The translations under genes and the position numbers were made by a program. A stretch of 36,324 bases of DNA from Candidatus Woesearchaeota archaeon (GTDB taxonomy: Archaea; Nanobdellota; Nanobdellia; Pacearchaeales; GW2011-AR1), in NCBI GenBank assembly GCA_964514585.1, contig CAZETU010000007.1, forward strand, positions 1-36,324, given 5' to 3'. Positions 35,116-36,324 of this stretch are shown piece by piece. Under the pieces are notes generated by a model. It did not search any database, was not told where the DNA came from, and saw nothing but the letters and a program-made list of their open reading frames with translations. Numbering within the stretch: the stretch's first letter is position 1; each line of letters begins with the position of its first letter.

Positions 35116-35385
35116 TTACTTCTTAGTTCCTTCAAGTTTATTTAATCTCTGATTAAGCTCATCATACTTTTTCTTATTATTTATATCAAAAACCCATTCA
35201 AGAAAAAGAATTCCAGGGAAAACAACAATCAAAGTAAAAACTAATCCCTCTAAAGTCAATCTCTTAATTTCTTCAAATGCAAGATCGAAGAAAATCCCGT
35301 GTATAATCGCAGCAACCGAAAGTAATAACGAAAATACAAACAAGATAAGAACTTGTCTTTTAATTAATCCAAATGATTTCACCAT
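35116..35385 (-). CDS. Small membrane hypothetical protein
   Basis: Two TM helices plus a short coiled tail. Confidence 0.6.
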   Translation of the reverse strand: MVKSFGLIKRQVLILFVFSLLLSVAAIIHGIFFDLAFEEIKRLTLEGLVFTLIVVFPGILFLEWVFDINNKKKYDELNQRLNKLEGTKK

Positions 35386-35394
35386 CTTCTAAAA

Positions 35395-35466
35395 GGCGGA
35401 AGCCGAGAATCGGACTCGGGCCATTCGGACCACAACCGAACGTTCTACCACTAAACTACAACCGCC
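35395..35466 (-). tRNA. tRNA-His(GTG) with encoded G-1
   Basis: G-1:C73, TTCGG-TT-GTG-GT-CCGAA anticodon arm, CCGAG-TCCGATT-CTCGG T-arm; acceptor has two U-U mismatches. Confidence 0.85.
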
Positions 35467-35609
35467 ATATCTATAAATATTTAATTGAGAATTCGGTATA
35501 AAAAGCTTGTTGTTAAAGTTAGAACTAAGTCGATCTCCTAAATCAAAGATGCCGATAACTCCAAGCGTTTACCATATCATAACCATCAAAAACCACTTCT
35601 TAAGGTTTT

Positions 35610-36023
35610 CTAATCCAATTCTTCCCAAACATCAGGATTCGCCCTCAACCAAATCAGCCCATGCCCTATCTCATCATCCGAGAACATATCAAAGAATTCA
35701 TTCATACTCATCCAAGCCAAATCATCTATTTCATCGGGTTCCGTAATCGAAGGCTCCCCATTCTCTATATTACATAAAACAAAATGCAATCTCACCGAAA
35801 ACTCCGGAAGCTCCCTAGTCGCTATCGTTTTCTCAGCAGTCGCCTCAACCCCTAATTCCTCCATAGTCTCTCTCACCGCCGTAGTAAAAATATCCTCACC
35901 TTCCTCAACGGTTCCAGACGGAAAACTCCAAGCACCAGGAAGAGTCTTCTTCTTCATCGACCTCTGAATAAATAAAATCTCATTATCACGGTTTCGAAGA
36001 AGAATAGCAACATGGTCTTTCAT
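35610..36023 (-). CDS. NUDIX hydrolase
   Basis: Nudix box GTVEEGEDIFTTAVRETMEELGV. Confidence 0.9.
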   Translation of the reverse strand: MKDHVAILLRNRDNEILFIQRSMKKKTLPGAWSFPSGTVEEGEDIFTTAVRETMEELGVEATAEKTIATRELPEFSVRLHFVLCNIENGEPSITEPDEIDDLAWMSMNEFFDMFSDDEIGHGLIWLRANPDVWEELD

Positions 36024-36075
36024 TCCAAATACAATACACAATACTATATTAAATTTTCTAAAATAAAAGAAAATA

Positions 36076-36100
36076 AGCCGGCGACGAATCGCCTGCGGCT
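36076..36100 (-). terminator. Hairpin followed by a T-rich run on the minus strand
   Basis: AGCCG/CGGCT and GCGA/TCGC stems downstream of the terminal gene. Confidence 0.45.
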
Positions 36101-36127
36101 ATTAAAAATAAAAAGTTTTGTAAAAGA

Positions 36128-36324
36128 TTACGCCGCTTCCTCAGAAGTCTCAGCTTCCTCAGCCTCTTCAGCTGGAGCTTCCTCTTCTTCTGGAGCAGCT
36201 TCCTCTGCAGCTTCTTCAGCTACTGGAGCTTCTTCAGCCTCAGCCTCTGGAGCAGCTTCCTCAACTGGAGCAGCTTCTTCAGCTACTGGAGCTTCTTCAG
36301 CCTCAGCCTCTGGAGCAGCTTCCT
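36128..36324 (-). CDS. C-terminal Ala/Glu/Pro-rich tail of a gene entering from the right edge
   Basis: Reads …EAAPEAEAEEAPVAEEAAPVEEAAPEAEAEEAPVAEEAAEE…SEEAA* to TAA at 36128-36130. Confidence 0.7.
   Translation of the reverse strand, partial: EAAPEAEAEEAPVAEEAAPVEEAAPEAEAEEAPVAEEAAEEAAPEEEEAPAEEAEEAETSEEAA
36207..36324. repeat. Tandem repeat, 63-bp period (21 aa)
   Basis: Identical 55-mers at 36207-36261 and 36270-36324. Confidence 0.85.

Noticed and set aside
1-36324. CRISPR array, rRNA genes, or additional DGR VR copies
   Set aside because: No regularly spaced repeats, rRNA signatures or second TR-like match found by eye; a BLASTN with the TR would be needed to exclude weak copies.

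Overview
Chromosomal segment of a DPANN archaeon, most likely Pacearchaeota-like. This is inferred from rpoE1-spt4-eS24-eS27a, Rpp30, archaeal PheRS/HisRS, TATA promoters and DPANN-style hypothetical genes. Core genes: purL, a purQ-purM fusion, an RQC-UvrD-HRDC helicase, dus, pheS/pheT, pyrH, scpA, hisS and tRNAs Thr/Trp/His. Accessory DNA that lacks the genome's strong strand-specific codon bias is interspersed among them. The main accessory element is a diversity-generating retroelement (DGR) at 1.4-3.5 kb. It has a target gene whose VR differs from an 80-bp TR at 11 positions, all TR adenines, plus a GAA-loop hairpin, no visible avd, and an RT broken by one in-frame TGA. Other notable items: a triple MazG-like cassette translationally coupled between pheS and pheT; a pilin-leader/beta-helix surface protein split by an in-frame TAG; a one-gene islet at tRNA-Thr with a degenerate att copy; an HNH nuclease ORF running into tRNA-Trp; non-canonical tRNA T-loops; and several unexplained structured intergenic elements. 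No CRISPR array or rRNA was seen. All calls come from reading the sequence; no database searches were run.
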